Below are positions 48,969 to 61,800 of a stretch of 64,000 nt of DNA, in pieces. How positions within the stretch are numbered: position 1 is the first letter of the stretch; each line of letters opens with the position of its first letter. Made by a program: the position numbers and the translations under genes. The notes beneath the pieces were generated by a model. That model searched no databases. It was not told the DNA's origin and worked only from the letters and a program-made list of their open reading frames with translations. Source of the DNA: Protoeuglena noctilucae (lineage: Eukaryota); the NCBI GenBank assembly GCA_958009085.1, contig OY253685.1:806001-870000 (forward strand), given 5' to 3'.

Positions 48969-50988
48969 ATGGCGCCGCCACGCGAGCTGCCGGGTTTCGT
49001 CTACGATCCTGTGACGGACCGCTACTATAAGCAGCAGAGTAGCGCCGCGGCGGATGCGCGCCTGAGCTCAGGTAGGCGTGGTGCGGGGCCACCTTCATAC
49101 TGCACACTCAAGCAGCTGAACCCTTGTCTTCTCCCCTGTGGTCCCAGGTACGCGACCGCAGGATGCTGTCGGGGCGCGGGTGGACACCAGGCGGCCGCCG
49201 CGCGCCCGCAAGCGGCCGCGGGTGGCAGCTGCGCCCGTCGGCAGCCCGTCGGCCGAGCCTCGCCGCTGGTCCGTGCACCGCTGGCTCGTGCGGCGCGAGG
49301 TGCGAGACCGGAATGAGCCCACGAGTCGGCTTAAGCGGCCACGGGTCACAGCCTACCCTTCCTGCTGCCCTGCGCACCACTCTCGCGCGAGCGGAGATGC
49401 ACGCCCCTTCTCCCCCTCGCCTGCAGACGCGGGCCGCGGCTCGCTGGGACGGCGCCCAGCTCGACTCTCTGGTGGCCGTCATGGAGGTGGAGCGCACGCT
49501 CGACTTGACCCCCACAGTGCGCCCATCGCCAAGCAACCCCGGGTGGCTGTCCAACCTGGCGCTGTCCTTTGACCCCGTGGACCGCGTGCTGTGCTGCGGT
49601 GCGTCCCCAGCTCAGCACGTTCCACAGCCCCCTGCCTTGTCGGCGTCGGCGACCTTCCCTTCCCTCTCCCGCGCAGTGGGATCCGGACACGACTACTCAA
49701 AGACTTACGCCGACACGGGCAGATCTTACCGGCGCTTCACGACAGCCGTATCGGACATGGTGGCAGGCCCTGGCATCTTCGCTGTGCACGAGACGGATCC
49801 CCGGCCCAGGGTGGCCCTGTATCAGGGAAGCCCCTATGGGGAGGAGGGTGGCAAAGTGTGGCAGGTGGAAGAGGTGTGGCAACTCGCGCTCGCGGTGGCC
49901 ACTACGCCGGGGAACACGGAGGATGTCAGACACATCCGCATCGCCGTCGCCCAGCCAAGCAGGCTGCTGTGCGTGTCGGTCCACCCTCACGGGATCACGG
50001 TGCGACCATATGATGAACTCCGCTCCTTCCCGTCCTCTTCGGACGTGCTGTCCGTGGATCTCTCGACGAGCGGGCGATTCGCCGCCTGCGGCCTCCGCAA
50101 CGGCTGGGTGCGGGCACTCGATGTCGGCGACTTCCCCCGGACCACCCACGATGCCAGGGAGAAGGGGGCCGTCGTGGGTGTCTCTCTGGCAGACGGCCCT
50201 TCCTCGCCCTGGAGGGGTCGCTGGGCGGCTGCGGGGGGCAGGGTGGCGAGCAGGTGAGAGCCGGCGGCAGTGCGAGGGGGGACGGGCGTTGCGGCGTGGC
50301 CGTGACACCATTTGCGCCCCCTCTCTCTTGCAGTTTTGAGGCGAAGTATTGGACCGGTCGAGTGGATAGCGCGGCATGCAGCGTGCGGTTCGTGCCGGAT
50401 GACGGCCCCTCGAATGCCATGCCCACACGCGTGGTGGTGGGGTCCATGGACGGTGCCATCACTCTCTTCGACACACGCATGTTCGGGCACCTGTGCCGAC
50501 TGCGGAGGCCACTGCCTCGGGGGGAGCTCTTCTCGGTGAGGACTGCGCCTGGGCTGGCGGGGAGCAGATGAGGGGTTGGTGGAGACTGGTTGTGGTCATG
50601 ACCGGGTGGTGCGCATCGGTGTCTCCTGCCCCCCCGCCGCTGCCCCGCACGCCCCGCGCCCCCCTCTGTGCCTCTGCAGTTCCGCATGAGCGTCAGCGAC
50701 TGCGGGAGGATGCTGGCGGCGGGCGACACGGGCGGTGGGCTCACGCTGTGGAGCGCCGCCACAGGGCACACCCTGCGGCGCATGCCACTCCCTGTCCCCA
50801 GCCACCTCGCCGGCCCCGCCTCTGCCATGCCAGTCCCCTTGCCCGTCTCCACCCCCGCCACGGCCTTCACCGCCGCCCTCACCCCGCCGTCGCCCACCTT
50901 CTTCGTCGGCAATGGGGGCCTCGTTTGGGCGGTGGGGGTGCCCAGCAGCCGTGGGCCGTGGGGGGTCATCTCGTCGTGGTACGGGTAG
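48969..50988 (+). CDS. DCAF4/WDR21-like WD40 protein (putative CUL4-DDB1 substrate receptor)
   Basis: Exons 48969-49071, 49148-49299, 49427-49598, 49677-50253, 50334-50535, 50680-50988. The N-terminal RELPGFVYDPVTDRYYK matches the DCAF4-type ELPG.YYD....RYF motif. WD-like blades SDVLSVDL..GLRNGWV, GSMDGAITLFDTR (DxR box) and GLTLWS. Confidence 0.72.
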
Positions 50989-51282
50989 CCAGACTCGTCT
51001 CATTAGATCCACGTCACTCCTCTCATTCGTCCATGCCGGGATATCGCCGGCTCAGCACCACGCAGTCGATGCCTGCATTGCACGCCCCTCACAGAGTGCC
51101 CAAGAGCCGGGGCACGGGCTTTGCCGTTGCACCGAGCCGAGAGTCCCACGTTGCTTTCACTTCCGACCTGGCTAGGCCCTTTCCTATCGAGGGTGCTAAC
51201 AACAACCCCGCCGCTGGCAGCTTGCAGCGCCGCGTAGCTCCCCACCAGCCCCATTGCGCGTCACTGTTGGTCCACGGTTGCT

Positions 51283-52348
51283 TCATTTGAACGAGGCGTG
51301 GATCTTTAGGCCCAGCATCGGCTTGGACACACCCTGCGTGGGAGAGTCAACCCAAGGCATGTCTGCTTTTGCATCCCGTACTGCAAAGGCGGCCACGTGT
51401 GACAAAACCATAGCACGGCACGTTCTACGCGGATGCCGCAGCGACCCTCGCCTGCCCCGACGCGGCAGCGGACGCCACGGCTGTCAGCCCCACGCCCACC
51501 CTCTGCTCCCCGGTCCCCGTCTCCACCTTACCGGGCAGGCGATACTCGGCATCCACCAGCACAGGCTGGCCACGCATGACCTACGAGGTAGAAAGGGATA
51601 GAAAGGGAGAGGTCATAACACGTATTGCTCTAATCCTCTCACATGCCGTGTTGACTCTGCCCCAGTCATGGAGGACGCCTGCCTTCGCGTATGCTTTTGC
51701 ATGCTGCCTCGCCTTGTGGGAGAGCTTCAGCTTGAGGTTGCGGAGGGAGGTGTTCTCCAGTCGCAGCGTGCACCCCTCCTGGGTGCACACCGCAGCGCCC
51801 ACCAGCGTGGAGGCACCCGGGATGCTCAGCTCCCCCTTCACGGTCCCTTGCACGCCCTCCACGCCGCCCACCCTCCGGGCCGTGGCGGTGGCCTTGGCGC
51901 CGGAGCCCTTGAGGGTGACCGACGCGACGCTCCTCTTGCTGTAGAAGCACTGCTCCAGCTCGACATCCACGTGGTCCCCCAGGGCGTGCTGGTAGATAAG
52001 CGTGGGCGTGGGGATCTTGCCGAGCTTGCCGGCATCGAGCCGCTGCCGGACTGTCAGATGCTCGCCCTTGCACTGCGACGGGCCATCGCAGCGGGTAAGG
52101 GGGGCGATGGAGAGGCCGGGCGGGGCGGGCGGGCAAAGGACGAAGCACCATTATTCCGCACCTGCACGTGGCCGCTGAGGGCGCCTCCCTTGTGCCGCCG
52201 GTCGATCACAAATTCCCATGGGCCGTCCTCGACGCCCAGCTTGACGCCCTGCAAGCCGCCCTCGATCTTCACCTGGGAGCGGGGAATGAATTACAAACAT
52301 CTGGTTGTCGCGGCTCCGATGCTCGTGCGATGCCACCGCAGTATCCAT
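51283..52348 (-). CDS. About 220-aa beta-strand-rich protein, candidate OEP24-like plastid outer-envelope pore
   Basis: Exons 52348-52337 (tentative), 52272-52162, 52072-51713, 51580-51452, 51333-51283 are all phase 0, with two GC donors (51712, 51451). Alternating hydrophobic/polar strands (GVKLGVED, WEFVID, TLIYQH, VDVELEQ, SVASVTLK, LKLKLSHK, MLGLKIHASFK). Confidence 0.5.
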
Positions 52349-52869
52349 GGATGCGATTTGCAAATACAATTGAAGCGCTGGAGATGGGGTTTCGGTTGAA
52401 TCCTTTTCCCTGAGAAATGCAATGGCCAACCATGGCTGCACCCCGGACATTGCTTCTGCTCGTGCCCCAGGGTCACAATCAAGCAGCACTGCAGGCTCCA
52501 CATGGCTTGCAGCGAGCGAATGAGCACATCGCGTCCTCGCGATGTTCCCCAGGGGCCCCAAATGGGGGGATTTAGCTCGAAGCTAGAGGCACCCACAGAC
52601 CTTCTGCCCCTCGGCGCGGAGGGCCGCGGACGATGACCGGAACCCGACCGGGTGGACAGACGCAAAGACTTCCGCCGTCGCTTCCATTCTCGCGCCTGTC
52701 GGCAGCTGCGCGCCTTTGCGCCCCTATCTAAACGTCACTTCAACGCTATGCCTTAATGCGGGGGCTCAACAGCAAGTGAGATCACAGGAAACTATGCGTC
52801 GCAGCTGGCGGGTCCGGCGCGGGTGAGAACGAGGAGCGCAACACAGCAGCGGGGCATACCCTGGCGCGC

Positions 52870-55800
52870 CTATGCCAGGTCGTCCTGCATGAGGAGGCAG
52901 ACGCTGGCGAGGACCCACTTGGAGGGCGCCTCGTTGGTGCGGAGGGTGAAGACGCTGACGAGCGGCGCGTAGTTGTTGGCCCTCTGCATGTTGGTGTAGA
53001 CCGGGCACTCGTAGTACCCGTCCAGGTTGTACTGGTCGGCCGTGACGGGGCGCAGGAGGATGACGGGCATCGTCGGGTGGAGCTCGTTGGGGTGCGAGTC
53101 CGCCACGGCCCCCGACTCCTTGTCCCACCGCGCGCCCTCCATCACGAACCCGTGCACGTAGCACCCCTCGGGCGCCGCCTCCGTGACCTGCGCGGACGTC
53201 TTGGCCGTCACGTCCGTCATGAACCGCATGACGTCAAGGGGGAGCTTGTGGGCGCGGGCGTACGCCTGCATGACGGCGGTGATGAAGGCCTTGGGGTTGA
53301 AGAGCCCCGGCAGCCACACGCTGTGGGGCGTAACCACTGCCCCCGCCGTCCACGCCCGGAGCTGGTCGACGCGCCGCCGCACGTCCTCGACCCACGTGGA
53401 GAGCGAGTAGACCTCCTGAATGCGCGTCGACATGGCGCCCATCCACCGCGCGGGCACCGTGTTGGTCGAGATGCCCCGCGCCAACAGCTCCATGCGCTCC
53501 GACATGTTCAGCGCCCCGTCCAGGCCCAGCTGCAGCTCCTCGAGCGACTGGAGCATCTCGCTCAGCAGGAAGTTCATCCTCCCCGCCTCCTGCAGCGCCA
53601 CCATGACGTATGGCGTGCGGTCCTTCACGCGCGCCTCGATCTCGACCATGTTGAAGGGCTCCGGGAGCGTCTCCAAGAGCTCCTGCACCCCGCGGCGCAC
53701 GCGCTCCTCCGTGCCGCCGCCCGACCCGCCGCCCCCGCCGCCGCGGCCCCCAGACGACCCCGACACCTCCATGATGGTCTTGAAGAGCGTCTCCCCTTGC
53801 GCCGTCAGCAGCGACAGCTGTGCGTTGGGGTGCATGCCGTACATGAGGGGGCTCTCGTCCGGCAGCGTCTCCTCCACATACTGCTGCAGGTAGGCGTAGG
53901 ACTCGGGGACCGGGGCGCGGAAGCCGGGGGCGAAGAAGTGGTCGGGGGGCGCGCGTTTGCCGTCCGCCCCCGCCTCGAGCGGGATTCGCATCTCCGGGCG
54001 CAGCAGCACCTCCAGGTACGTCATGCACGTGCGGCGATCCATCTCGTCGACGATGTGGCCGCCGTAGATGATCTGGGGGGGGTGAGGGGGAGGGTACGGG
54101 TGAGATTGATGGGTGCGAGGTGGTGAGAGCAATGTGAGGGGGTGACTAGGTGGGGGTGCGGGAGGCGGCAAGGAAGATATCATGGCGAGAAAGACAACAT
54201 GGCACAGGCATGGCACAGATGAGCACCCACGTGCCTCTTGCTGCTACAAACAAACACGTCGCGCATTCCCACACCCACAAATCCGCCTCACCTCCCCGAA
54301 CATGTACCGCAGGTCCGCCCACGGCACGCCCTCGTTGCCCTCAAGGTAGTTCCTGAGGATGTCCGCGCAGGTGGTCAAGTCTCCCATGTTGAAGGAGTAG
54401 GAACGGCAGAATCCCATCCCGGACCCCGACCCCACGCCGATCCCCACGCCGAACTTCTTGCGGCCCAGCAGCACGCCGTGGTAGAAGCACAGCCCGAATA
54501 AGATGGACTTGAACGCGTCCTGCTTCTCGGGCGTGGTCAGCCGCGAGATGTCGTCGGGGGAGAATGCCGCGAACGCGCGCCTCATGTTGGACTTCATGTC
54601 CGAGGGCGGCTCGTTGGAGATCTTGATGCAGCCCTGCAAGATGCTCTCCGGGATGATCTTGGCGTGCGGCGCGCCGTTGATGGGCTCCGCGCTGAAGAAG
54701 CACCGGAAGTCGGCGTGCGCCGACTCGGCGGCCACCTCCAGCTTGCGCTCCAGCACGGGGATCCAGTCCTGCATCAGGTGCACGTTGTCCAGGAACACCC
54801 ACCCGCCGGACGCGATGTACTTGTCCAGGCAGTCCTGCGCGGGCTCCTCCTGCCCCTGCCCCATGCTCAGGATGGTGAGCTTGCCGTTCTCGCGCGTCAT
54901 GCCGTAGTCCGCCGCCACCTCCTCGATGTCCCGGCTGGGGCTGTACCCGGGGAACAGGATGAAGAAGATGGGCGTGGAGGGCGCGGACTCCTCCACCACC
55001 GTGGCCGCGCGGAAGGCCGGCTGGTTGGTGTAGTCGTTGCCGAGCGTGCCCTCCACGAACCGCTGCATCGCGTTGGTCACGCGGTCGGGGCGCAGCACAC
55101 GCAGGATCAGCAGTCGGCGGAACTCCGTCGCCTTCGCCCACTCCCCGGGCATGGGCGCCTTCTCGCACGCCTCCTGGTCGCACCACTTGCGCCACGCCTC
55201 GGACTGCTTCTCCATGTCGCGCGCCAGGCTGGACATGCTCGGCACGGACCCGAGCGGCTCCAGCCCCGCCCACTGCGCGTCCGCCATCCAGTGCGACAGC
55301 TCGTCCGTGATGGGCGCCGGCTGCGCGCTCCGCCGCCCCTCCACCAGCGCGTCGTACTCCTCGGGGGCGATGGCGCCCTCGCTCAGCAGGATCTTGAACG
55401 CCAGCATCGACGCCACGATGAGCTTGTCGCGGTCGAACAGCCCCCGCCGCGTGTACTCGAACACCGTGTACGTGCACGTGCGCAGCAGCGCCCCCAGCCG
55501 CGCCGCCAACGTCTCCGGGTCCAGTTCCTTGGCCTTGAGAGATTCGATGTCCACCTGGACCGTCTCCTGCTCCTCGGCCTTGCGCCCGAGCGTCGAGTGC
55601 ATGCGCGAGAGGGAGCTGATGCGCGACGAGCCTGAAAGCTCCGCGATGAGGTCGCGGTTCCAGTCGAAGGACTTGCCCGTCATGACCTTGCGCCCAATGG
55701 CCATGAACCGCGCCTTGGCCGACGCCTTGGGCTCCTCGTCCTTGCCGCCCGTGGTGCGGTCGATGCCGCGCGTGAAGACGGTCACGAACGCGTTGAGCGA

Positions 55801-58800
55801 GAACTGGTAGAAGGCGTGGACCTTGTTGAGGGAGTTGAGGAGGAAGAAGAGCATGGACCCCCGCGCCGCCACGGGGCGGTACTTCTCCCGCGAGTCGTTG
55901 ATAATCGCCTCGGTCTCCCGCGCCTCGTCCACTTTCGCATTTATGTCGTCGGCCACGCGCTTGGACTCTTCCAGACTCTCGATCAGCTCCACGTCCTCCG
56001 TGATGTCCCCCTCCGCCGTGGACAGCTTGAACAGCAGCGAGTCCTCGATCTCCTTCAGCCGGATCGTGAACTCGTTGTTCTGCACGATCAGCTGCGTCTT
56101 GGTCGCCTCCAGCTCCGGGCGCTCCTTGTTCACCACCAGCGCCAGCAGCTGGTCCTCCAGGCCCTTCTCCGTGACGGTGAAGTTGATCAGCGTCGTCTCC
56201 GCCTGCACCTCGGGGGGGAAGTGCGGGTTGGAGAGCTTGGTGTGGAGGAAGAGGCGGAAGTTCTTGTTGTACTCGACCTCCTTGTCCCCCAGCTTGACGT
56301 AGAAGCTGCGCCCCTTCTTGAACGTCGAGCGCGTGATGACCGGGTTGAGCACCGCGTCGATCGACTCGCCCATGTTCTCGATCAGCACCGAGTGCCCCGC
56401 CTCGATCGCCCGCTCCATCTGGTCCAGCATGCGCTTCTGCCCCATGCGCACCACCTGCAGGTTGTTCTGCGACTCCTTCTCCTTCACCCACGCGATGCCC
56501 TGCGGGTCCATCATCAGCGGCCACCGCTCTGAGTTGGTCAGGATGGCCCCGTTCTGCACCGACGTCGGGTCGCTGGGGAGGCCCTGCGACACCCACGACG
56601 CCACCAGCGCGTCGTCCACCAACACCTTCAGGGGGTCGGACAGCCCCTCCGTCATGGGCAGCTTGCGGTCCTTCATCCACGCCACCCACGAGGCCACCAG
56701 CTTGCCGCGGTACTGGCTCGTGAAGGGCCCGGCGAACGAGACAAACGCGGACGCGAGGAGCATGTCGCCCACGAGCACCCGGTACGACGCCTTGAGGTCC
56801 ACCACCGTGCGCTCCCACCGCTCGCCCTCGCTGGCCAGCGCATTGATGAGGCGGTTGGCCAGGCCCAGCTTCCGGTCGCAGCGCTCCTTCTCCTGGATCG
56901 CCGCGTCCTTCTCGCGGTTCGCCTCGTCGAACTGCCGCTCCAGCTCCGCCACCTGCGCGTTGAGCTCCGCCACCTTGGCCTGCACCTCGGTCAGCGTGCG
57001 GTTGGCGCGCTCCAGCTCCGCGTTGGCCTCGGCCAGGGCGTTGCGCAGCGGGTCGACCTGCACCACCACGTCGTAGTACTGGATGATGGCGTTGGCCCAG
57101 TCCCGCAGACCCGCAGCTGCCGCCGCCTTCTGCGCCATGTCGAACTCGGGGTTGAACCACTCGAGCTCCAGGATGGGGCGGCATGCGTCCACGGTGCGCT
57201 TCGACACCTCCCCGCGGTCGATGCGGTCCTTGAACTCCACCAGTCGCTGGATGAGCTTGGGCGCCGGGATGCTGAACAGCAGCTTCTGCGCCATCGCCCA
57301 CCCGTCGCGCGCGATCTTCGGGTCGCCCTCGAGCAGGATGAGCACCACGTTGGTCACGTCGTCCACGCCCGTCGGGGGCTTCTTGAGGGCCTTGCAGACC
57401 TGGAGGTCCTTGGGGTTGAGCGTGTCGAGCGCCTTCATGGCCGCCTCCAGCAGCGGTTCGGCCTTGGCCAGCTCCACCTCCGCCTCGGCCTGCTTCTTGC
57501 TGACGTCCGTCTGGATCGCCGCGCACTTCTCCGCCTCGATCTGTGCCGCGTCGTTCTCCTTGTTCACCTTCTCCTTCTCCACGCCCACCTTCTCTGCAAA
57601 CACGTTGGCGTCGGCCACCTTCTGCTCCACCTCCATGGCCTTCGCCTTGGCCTCCTCGATCAACACGTCCACCTCCGCCTTCGTCTTGTTCAGCTTGTTC
57701 AGGCCCACCTCCAGGCGCTCGATCGCCTCTTTCTGGAGGTTGCGCTTGCGGGCCAGGATGCTCTTGTACAGCTTGATGAGCTCCAAAAAGGACTTGGGCG
57801 TCGTGTAGTTGTACCGGCGCTCGCGCTCCAAAAACACCTTGGACATGGCGTTGACCTCGCTGAAGGAGTAGGGCATGAAGTCCACGACCGACGCGCGGAT
57901 CTCAGCCGTGTCGAGCTCCACCTGTGGGAGAGGAGAGGGAGAGGGGGAGGTGAGGGGTGATGTCAGGGGTGATGTGAGGAATGAAAGTGGTGACACGAGG
58001 GGTGAGAGGAGGGCTGAGAGGGGTGCAGGGGTGCAGGTCAGGACGTGGGCGGTGTGGTGGTATGGTGGGCGGGTATAGCTACGCAAGCAAGGGAGAAGCG
58101 TGGGCGTTGTATGCGAGGCAGCCGCTCATGTCGATCGTGTCTCACCTCATCGATGAACTTCTTAGCCACCGAGTGGAGGGACTTCTCCGGCCACGGCTGG
58201 AACCAGTCGATGACGGTGCTGTTGATGGTGGCGGGGAAGCGCTGCGATCGGACGCGGAAGGCCTCGCCCACCGGCGACGCCGTGAAGCAAACATGTAAGT
58301 TCTTGCGCACGCGGCCGATGAAGGTGCGCCAGCAGTTGTCGTTGGTGTCCGGCAAGCCCATGGCCTTGGTCTCGGACCGCATCTGGTTGATGATCTCGTC
58401 CTTATCCTCCTGGGCGAAGAGATCCGGGATCTCCCCCGACGACAGCAGGTCGTTGAGGTACACGAGCATGCGCTCGTCGACGATCTGCGAGTCGGTGAAA
58501 AGGAACGACACGCCCTCGCCCTTGACGCCGGACTTGCGGTACATGCGCTGGAGGTCGTCGCGGAAGTTGGTGAGGGAGTAGGAGCCGGAGATGACGATCA
58601 TCTCCGTCGCGTAGCCGCAGATGAAGGCGGCCAGGCGCGCCAGGCTCTGCTTGCCGGACCCGCCCACGCCCACCAGCAGCGCGTGGCCGCCCGTGTTGCT
58701 GATGATGCGGCTGATGCGGCACACGTGCTTCATCGCGTCCTCGAACAGCACCAGGTCCATGACCGGGTTGCTCTCGTTGTACTCTGCTAACGCATCCGTG

Positions 58801-61800
58801 AGGATCTTGGACAGGGAGTCGAACGAGGCAACCGCGTCGTACACCGCCTCGCCCATGCCCTTGGCGAAGTGGGAGAAGATGAGGGGCTTGGGGTTCTCCT
58901 TCTTGAAGAAGTCGTTGATGTCGTCGACGTCGAACTTCTTCGCGATGCCCTCGACCATCTTGGCGTACGCCGCCAGGTGCTCCTGGGACACGAGCCGGTC
59001 GGCGTACACGCGCTCCGACTCGTGCAGCCACAGCTTGACGAACTTGTTGGGGCTGCCGAAGGTGTCCGGGTCGGACATGAGCAGGCCCTGGAACACGTTC
59101 GCCAGGTGCCGCACCGTGAACTCGTAGTGGAAATTGATGGCCGTCTTGCGGAAGGTTGCCGACACGCGCTCGTGCAGCTGCAGCGCCGCCTGCAGGAGCT
59201 TCGTCTCCAGCTCCTGCACCGGCGGGGGGAAGTGCTGCAGGTGGCCCTTCAGGAAGGAGCCGTAGATGGTCATCAGCGACTCCTGGGAAGGGAAGTCCAT
59301 GGCGAGCGTCATGAAGAGCCGCTGCAGGCGGGGATCGATGATGAAGGACCCGGCCGTGGGGTTCATGCAGGCCACGTACTGCGTGTTGTTGATGTTCTTC
59401 TGCGCCAGCTTGCTCCGGTCGAACCAGTGCCCCCAGCCCAGGTGCTGCCGGATGAGCGAGATAGGCATGGCCGTCTCGTACGCGTCCAGCTTGGGCATGT
59501 TCATGTCGTCCACGAAGTACACCAGGCGCTTCTGCCCCGGCGGGGCAAAGTTGATGCCGCCGGCCTTCTCCAGCGGCGACTCCATGATGCGCTGCGTCAC
59601 CGTCACGTCTGTGAAGTAGTTGAAGTTGAGCGTGAGCGTCATCATCGTCTCGGGGTCCAGCGCCCCCAGCTTCCCCATCACCAGCTGCGTCTTGCCCACG
59701 CCCGCGCCGCCCACGAACATGATGGGCTTGCGCAGGGCGATCATCATGTCCAGGAAGAAGCTCTGGCTGGCCGTCTCGGCCGTGGGCACGAACACTGAGC
59801 CCATCGGCGTGCGCTGGGAGTCGAAGGTGATGGTCTCCACCAGGTCCGGCCACCCGGAGAGCTTCCCCTTCTTGACGTCGACGTAGAAGTCGAAGACGAG
59901 GCCCTTCCCCGGGAACCGCACCGCCGCGTACTTGGCCTTGAACCACCGGTCGAAGTTGCGGCGGTAGTCTACGCCGTCCTTGGTGCACAGCGCGCCGCCG
60001 AAGGCCCAGATCATGGCGAAGACGAGGCACGTCTCGAAGATGGCGGGGTCCGACCGGGGGTTGACCGACTCAGGGTCCAGCAGCCCCTCCATGATGTTGA
60101 CGACCGACGTGACGAAGTTCATCGTGTTGAGCGGCGTGATGTGCTGGTAGCGCGCCTTCATCTCGAAGATGGCGTCGGGGAGGTATCGGTTGAACAGGTT
60201 CCACATGCCCTTGGCCTGCTCCTCCGGGTCCTTGAACTTGGCGGCGGCCGCGAAGGGCTTAAACACCCGGTCGACCCACGAGCGCACCATGTTGCTCCAC
60301 TGGGTGGCCTCGGAGATGTACAGGATGCCGGCGCGCGTGGCCGTGGCGGGCGTGGCGAACTTGAGGTCGCGAATCTCGAACACCAGCTTCATGTGGGGGA
60401 GCACCCGGATGCGCTCGTTGGACGGCAGCGTGAGCAGGCGGTTGTCGTCCATGACCGAGTTCATGCTCTCGATCCAGTTCGCGTCCAGGTCGCCGTCGAG
60501 CATGATCCACTTCGGGTCGTCGCCTGGCTGGTCCTGGAACTCCCGCATGAACTTGCTCAGCAGGCCGTCCTTCCACTCGCGCGTCGCCATGTTGACGTAG
60601 CCGTACAGCTCGTAGGTCGAGATGGACTTGGGGTTGATGTCGCGGATGTACACCTTCTTGCGGTTCACCATCTTCAGATAGTCGTTCTCGGGCTCGTCAG
60701 TGCCCTTGGTGATGGCCTTGGCCAGCACGCGGTAGCACTCGGTGCGCCCGGTGCCCGTGGGCCCCATCAGGAACACGCAGTGGCGGATGGCCAGCAGGTC
60801 CGCCAGCTGCGTCACGCGCAGCACGAAGTCGTCGTCAGGCGTCAGCCCCATGTCCTTGGCCACGCTGGCGATGACGCGCTCGAAGTCCGCATCGCGCTTG
60901 CGGGGGGGGTCGACCCCCGGGAACAGGTCCTGGAGCAGCCCCATGAAGATGGGCATGTCCTGGGCGAGGATCTTGGGCACGTTGAAGTCCCGCAGCGCGC
61001 GGTACAGCACGTCCTGCTCCACCTGCCCCGCCTGCGCCCGCAGCAGCGACCCGGCCACCACCAGCACCGACTTGATCGCCCGCAGCCCCCAGTCGTAGTG
61101 CTTCTGGGGCGAGAGGAGGTCCTCCAGGAGGTAGTAGAGCGCCGCGAACTTCTTGGCCAGCATCTTGGCGTCCACGAAGCCCTCGGCCATGAGCATGTTC
61201 TCCATGATGAGCTGCCGGTCGGGCACCACGACCGTGATGGGGCGGAAGAGGACCTTGAGGGACTCGGGGAGCTCCGCGCGGCCGATGTACCCCGGGTTCA
61301 TGGTGATGAACCCGGACGTGCCTTCCTCCAATGGCATGGTGGTGCCGTCGGCCGCCACGAACGACCAGCTCTCCACTGCCGCGTGCTTGACACCCTCCTT
61401 GTCGATGTACTCAAGACCGCGGCCGGGCAGCGCCGCCTTCTGCCGCTGCGAGTCGCACACGGCCTTGTACTGCACCGAGCACACCGACAGCACGGCCGGC
61501 ACCAGGCGGTTGAACTCGTCGAAGCAGCCCCAGGAGCCGGACGCGGCCAGGCCCTTGAAGATATCGCCCATGGTGCGGTAGTCCATCTCGGGGCCGCAGT
61601 TGAACACGTAGATGGACTGGGGGGGAGGTGGGGGTTGGGGGGGTGAGTGGGGAGGTGAGGGTGGGTGCGCAGGCGGGGGCATGGCTAGGGGCTGCTAGGG
61701 AGGGGTGTGCGTGGTGTGACGGTGATCAAATGTGTGTGAGAGAGCAGCGCTTCGAGAGAGCGTGAAAGGGCAGCGGGCGGATGTGTGACCGGCCAAGTTG

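Noticed and set aside
5958..49676. Stop-free in-frame introns (5958-6077, 6706-6879, 13428-13583, 18332-18198, 24226-24116, 33311-33460, 49599-49676) as regulated intron retention
   Set aside because: Expected by chance for short introns at this GC content. No further evidence.
53077..61646. Long overlapping and antisense ORFs on the dynein gene (e.g. 54341..57526, 60141..61646)
   Set aside because: Shadows of strong GC3 codon bias. They are R/G/A/P-rich and carry no motifs.
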